NCBI GenBank assembly: GCA_044226015.1
Contig: JBGAHS010000006.1
Location: 544,001-608,000 of the forward strand
Length of the DNA: 64,000 nucleotides
Source: Candidatus Obscuribacteraceae bacterium
GTDB taxonomy: Bacteria; Cyanobacteriota; Vampirovibrionia; Obscuribacterales; Obscuribacteraceae
Direction: 5' to 3'
This document shows positions 60,090 through 64,000 of the stretch, piece by piece. Within the stretch, counting starts at the first letter, position 1; each line of letters starts with the position of its first letter. The position numbers and the translations under genes are program-made. A model generated the notes under the pieces. The model saw nothing but the letters and a program-made list of their open reading frames with translations, made no database searches and had not been told where the DNA came from.

Positions 60090-63000
60090 CTAGCTTTCGC
60101 CTATGAGTTGGAAGGCAGACCAATATCTTGGATTGGCCCGCACGCGTTCGGCTGCTGGCTTATTCGCATCAGCAGCAGTTCCGACACCATAATCTGAGCC
60201 TTCCATGAATTTGATGGTTTCAATCTGAGCTTGCCGAAGAGCTTTTGACTTACCTAGCGAGTTCAGGTAGCCCTTGTAGAATGCCTTCATTTGGAATTCT
60301 GTGATGATGTCGTCGACGTTCCATTGGCTGACGAGAACACTGGGAGTGCCTGCAATAATGAATGCTCTTGAAAGACCTACGACACCATCACCGGTGATTT
60401 TTCCTCGACCAGTTTGACAGGCTGAAAGCACAACAAGTTTTGCTTTCAGTTCCTTCATAGCTAGAATGTCTTTCACAGAAAGTAGTCCATCATCACCCCT
60501 GGTCGGAGCAAGCACCAGTGAAGATTGCATGGGGTGTTCTTCATCGACAAGACCGTGAGTAGCAAGGTGCACATCGGTAAACTTCGGAGCCAACTCTTCA
60601 AAGGTTTTCTTGTTTGCGTCTTGGCCGATTTTCACAACGGCATTGCCCTCACCAAACAGAGTGGCAATGTTCTGAACTTCTTTTTCAGAATAAGGAAGCG
60701 TTCCAAGAAACTCAATTGCCTTGGTTATCGGATTACCAAAAGCCAACAATTTATTGGGTTGCGAAGCCATGGTCTCTTCAATTTTTTGCGTGGCGCGCAT
60801 CACACCAATAGCAGGCATATAGCTGATTGTGTGTTTCTCAACAAAATACTTTTTGTCTTCCGATTGCAATGCAGCAAAGGGAATCATAAACATCGGTCCG
60901 TGGGGAACTATCGTCACGAGACTGTTTTCATCCTTAGGCAAAAGTGGCTCGACAGGCTTGAGAAAGATCTCGTACATTTCCCGTAGATTTTGTTGCCTTC
61001 GCTTTCCAACGGTCGCTACTTCTTCGGCAGACTTCGGCTGGTGAATTATCGACTCATAAGCCAAAGATACCCTTTCAGATAACTGCTGCTGATTGAGTGG
61101 AATCGGCGGAAGCATATGGATGGTCGTGTCAGGATCAATCACCCAGACAACGATTTTGTCTTGAAGCATGTAATACTCAACCAGAGTAGATTTGCTGTTC
61201 TTAACTAAAGCCTTGATTTCATCAATGTCGGGTGCCTTTGCATTTACTGGTGAAACCGCCGAAGAATTATAAATTTCGCTAGCTCGAGGAATTACACTGA
61301 CGCCACGTGTGCCCGCTTCTGGTTTAGCCATCGCCATTAGAGTGCTGGCAGATGAGGACGGAGCTCCGGTGCTACGACTCGAAAGAGGACCCGCGAAAGA
61401 TTCAACTTTTCGCCCTTGTTTCTTACTGCTGAGCATATCTAAGAAAGCTCTAGCTCGACCCTTCTCAGCTACAGCAAGGGCATCGTAAGGTCGTTTCAGC
61501 CTGATATAAAGATCAACCAATTCAAGAAAACAATCATTTCTCAAATCGAGATTGTGAGTTTTGAAACTGTCTCTGGTGAGTCGTCCACGCTCTTGCTCAA
61601 CCAGATCTACGGCTTTTGTCAGGTGAATCAAGGCCATATCATTGAGTCCAAGGCGTTTCGACGCTTTTCCCAAACCGAGGTGCGAGTCCCACTGAGCTTC
61701 AACTTCTCGGCTATTATCGGCAAGTTGCAGGGCTCTTTCGTAATAGGGCATCGCTTGTTGCGGGTGATTCGATAAGAGCCCCTCAAGTCCCAGCCCTCTG
61801 AGAATCTTTCCCTCAGAGCCCACATCGCCCGTTCCCTGAATATTCGCGAGTGCTGCCGAATAATGTTTGTTTGCTTCTTCGAACTTACCTTCAGTAATCA
61901 TGTACTGCGCATAGTTGTAGTCAAGAATGGCCAGGTCTCGCTTATCATCAAGATCGGCATAAATGGTTTTTGCTTGTGAATAATAGCGATTAAATTCAGA
62001 TGTGTTTTTATTGTCTAGCGCAAGCACCGCCAGAGAGTTCAAAGCAAGCGCTTGGCTCTGGTTATCGCCCATGTCTTGGAAAAGTTTGAATGCCTCAGTA
62101 TAGTATTTTTCTGCTGATTCTACTTGTCCCAAAGCTTTATAACAGCGCCCGATTGCCATCAAATAAGTACCCTTATTCGCAGCGCCCAGGCTACCACCTT
62201 CCAATAATTTCTCCCCATCAAGAAGGCGGTACAAACCTGCCTCAGGATAGCCGCTCAAGAGCAAATCGTTACCAAGTTGCAGGACAGACTCAAGTTCTCT
62301 CGATTTGTTTTTCAAAGTAGCCGAAAGATCGTGCGCTTTGTTGTGAATCTTCTGCGCCTCGTCGAAATGCCCAAGGTCAGCTTCCGAGCTGCCCAAACCG
62401 ATCAAAACAGACAACTTCATATCAGTATCTGGTTCATCTTTTAGAGCGTCGTATCCTTGTTGATAAGAATCTCTAGCCTCCTGGATCTTATGCATTTCAA
62501 AAAATGTTTCACCAAGACCCCAGCAAGCATTGGCTTCTGATTCAGGATCTAAATCTTGTTTGAAAACTTCAATGGCTTTTTTGTAAGCAAGCACTGCTTC
62601 CTGCAGGTTGCCCAGGTCATGTTGCACTCTAGCCAGATTGAGTAAAGCCAAACCTAATGAACGATCTTGCTCTCCTTGTTCTGACAATTCAAGCGCTTTC
62701 TTCAAGAGTTCGAGACTTGATTTATTGTCTTTTTTGATACGAAAAACATTTGCCTGGTTGACGAGGCTGCCCATCTGAGCAGGAATATTCTTGTCTTTCG
62801 CGCCAAGTTCATAAGCCTGCTTGTAAAATGCATCAGCCTCGGCATACTTGCCTGCCTTGAACGCTAGAGTTCCGAGGCTATCGATAATAGTGGTGACGAA
62901 ATCTTTCAAGTTAGCTTTGCTGGCTATTTGCAGTGCATTTTTGTATTCATCGATTGCTAACTGCTGCCGACCCTGAACCGCATAAAGTATGGCTAATGCT

Positions 63001-63308
63001 AGATGTGTCTTACAAGCCGATTCTGCACGACTGAGATGTGCCTCAAATTCCAGTGACCGTTTCAAATATCTCTCAGCTCTGTCGTAGTCTTTGCAGTCGA
63101 AACATAATTTAGCTAGATCGTAAAGAGAGTCTGCGTGCTCGTCGTCTTTTCCCTTTTTCAACTTATCAAGAACCTCAGCCTCCATTTTCTGAATCTGTGG
63201 GTTCGACGAGGAAGGCAAATCGCTATCAGCAGCAATGGCAATATTGCCGCAAGCTAGAACGGCTGCAATTGCACAAAGGATGATTCTTTTACTTGTTTTG
63301 CTAATCAC
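60090..63308 (-). CDS. Secreted TPR + CHAT (caspase-like) protease
   Basis: Signal peptide, many TPRs, HLATHG, LVVLSACQTG, PRYWSAF. Confidence 0.92.
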   Translation of the reverse strand: MISKTSKRIILCAIAAVLACGNIAIAADSDLPSSSNPQIQKMEAEVLDKLKKGKDDEHADSLYDLAKLCFDCKDYDRAERYLKRSLEFEAHLSRAESACKTHLALAILYAVQGRQQLAIDEYKNALQIASKANLKDFVTTIIDSLGTLAFKAGKYAEADAFYKQAYELGAKDKNIPAQMGSLVNQANVFRIKKDNKSSLELLKKALELSEQGEQDRSLGLALLNLARVQHDLGNLQEAVLAYKKAIEVFKQDLDPESEANACWGLGETFFEMHKIQEARDSYQQGYDALKDEPDTDMKLSVLIGLGSSEADLGHFDEAQKIHNKAHDLSATLKNKSRELESVLQLGNDLLLSGYPEAGLYRLLDGEKLLEGGSLGAANKGTYLMAIGRCYKALGQVESAEKYYTEAFKLFQDMGDNQSQALALNSLAVLALDNKNTSEFNRYYSQAKTIYADLDDKRDLAILDYNYAQYMITEGKFEEANKHYSAALANIQGTGDVGSEGKILRGLGLEGLLSNHPQQAMPYYERALQLADNSREVEAQWDSHLGLGKASKRLGLNDMALIHLTKAVDLVEQERGRLTRDSFKTHNLDLRNDCFLELVDLYIRLKRPYDALAVAEKGRARAFLDMLSSKKQGRKVESFAGPLSSRSTGAPSSSASTLMAMAKPEAGTRGVSVIPRASEIYNSSAVSPVNAKAPDIDEIKALVKNSKSTLVEYYMLQDKIVVWVIDPDTTIHMLPPIPLNQQQLSERVSLAYESIIHQPKSAEEVATVGKRRQQNLREMYEIFLKPVEPLLPKDENSLVTIVPHGPMFMIPFAALQSEDKKYFVEKHTISYMPAIGVMRATQKIEETMASQPNKLLAFGNPITKAIEFLGTLPYSEKEVQNIATLFGEGNAVVKIGQDANKKTFEELAPKFTDVHLATHGLVDEEHPMQSSLVLAPTRGDDGLLSVKDILAMKELKAKLVVLSACQTGRGKITGDGVVGLSRAFIIAGTPSVLVSQWNVDDIITEFQMKAFYKGYLNSLGKSKALRQAQIETIKFMEGSDYGVGTAADANKPAAERVRANPRYWSAFQLIGES

Positions 63309-63533
63309 TTGGGAGATTCCAAAATTTGGCGCTAATTTCGAATCATAGCAAATAGTCGTCCTGCCTAAATGTCTAGAAAACGCAGTAGTCGGAATATGAA
63401 GTCAAGCGAGTCTGAATCATCAAATCTCTTGGACAAGATCTATTTCATGCGAAATTAGCCACAATTGAAGAAATTTTGACTCGAAAGCCTTACTATTATC
63501 TGGTCTTGTAGCGGCAGAAGGTATATCTGATCG

Positions 63534-64000
63534 ATGCGGTCTATTAACGGACGAATTATTTCCCAAGTAGTAATGGGTGTCTTAGCCTGCCTTTTCGTGG
63601 GTCTGGGGCTGTTCTATCCACAGCTCAATGCGTTAGGTGGCTACTTTAATAGCCCACCGCCGCCGCCTCCTCCTCCGCCACCTCCACCTCCGCCGCCTCC
63701 TCCTCCGCCGCCTCCGACGGTACACATTCCGCCGCCGCCGTTCACGCCGCCAATTGTTGTCCCAACTGACGTTACGAGTAACATTCCGAATCCACAGGTG
63801 CTGTTCAATCCAAATGGACCGGGTTCTATTGATGGACTTTTCCTATTGGCTGATCGTCTCTTCCCTGAAGTCAAAGACCTGAAGGGTTCAAATGATTTCA
63901 TTCTAGTAATTCCTAAAGACACAAGCACAGCTTGGGCTTGGATTTCTAAATACGCTGCTTCGTTGAAAGATGGTCAAATACTGGTTGGAGTTCGCAAACC
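63534..64000 (+). CDS. Exported protein with 21-Pro run (runs off window)
   Basis: Hand-translated MRSINGRIISQVVMGVLACLFVGLGLFYPQ...S(P)21TVHIPPPP...; open to end of window. Confidence 0.7.
   Translation, partial: MRSINGRIISQVVMGVLACLFVGLGLFYPQLNALGGYFNSPPPPPPPPPPPPPPPPPPPPPTVHIPPPPFTPPIVVPTDVTSNIPNPQVLFNPNGPGSIDGLFLLADRLFPEVKDLKGSNDFILVIPKDTSTAWAWISKYAASLKDGQILVGVRK

Noticed and set aside
63641..63928. Poly-Gly ORF
   Set aside because: Antisense of the poly-Pro protein, which has a signal peptide and stays open

Overview
This is a gene-dense bacterial chromosomal segment with no transposase, integrase, rRNA or CRISPR array. Several genes are cyanobacterial-type (crtE-DUF212 pair, TMEM14/FAX, CtpA, GHL10 hydrolase, loop-less CC-adding enzyme) but none is photosynthetic. 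That suggests a non-photosynthetic cyanobacterial relative such as Vampirovibrionia/Obscuribacterales (inference). Core content: smpB, rpsL-rpsG-fusA without tuf, def, dps, nnr, nanE, a three-gene actinobacterial-Sdh1-type succinate dehydrogenase, several envelope enzymes, four tRNA genes and a secreted TPR-CHAT protease. The most unusual locus is 15440-16710. It holds a ~350-nt multi-hairpin leader, an in-frame uORF whose TAG abuts the start codon of a tandem ribbon-helix-helix gene, a terminator, and a non-coding 15-16-bp tandem array. Other notable items are a divergent Glu-Asp-His tRNA mini-operon with a structured leader, a catalytically dead LD-carboxypeptidase paralog, a stand-alone multi-MshEN protein and several candidate sRNAs. 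All assignments come from reading motifs by eye; no database searches were run.
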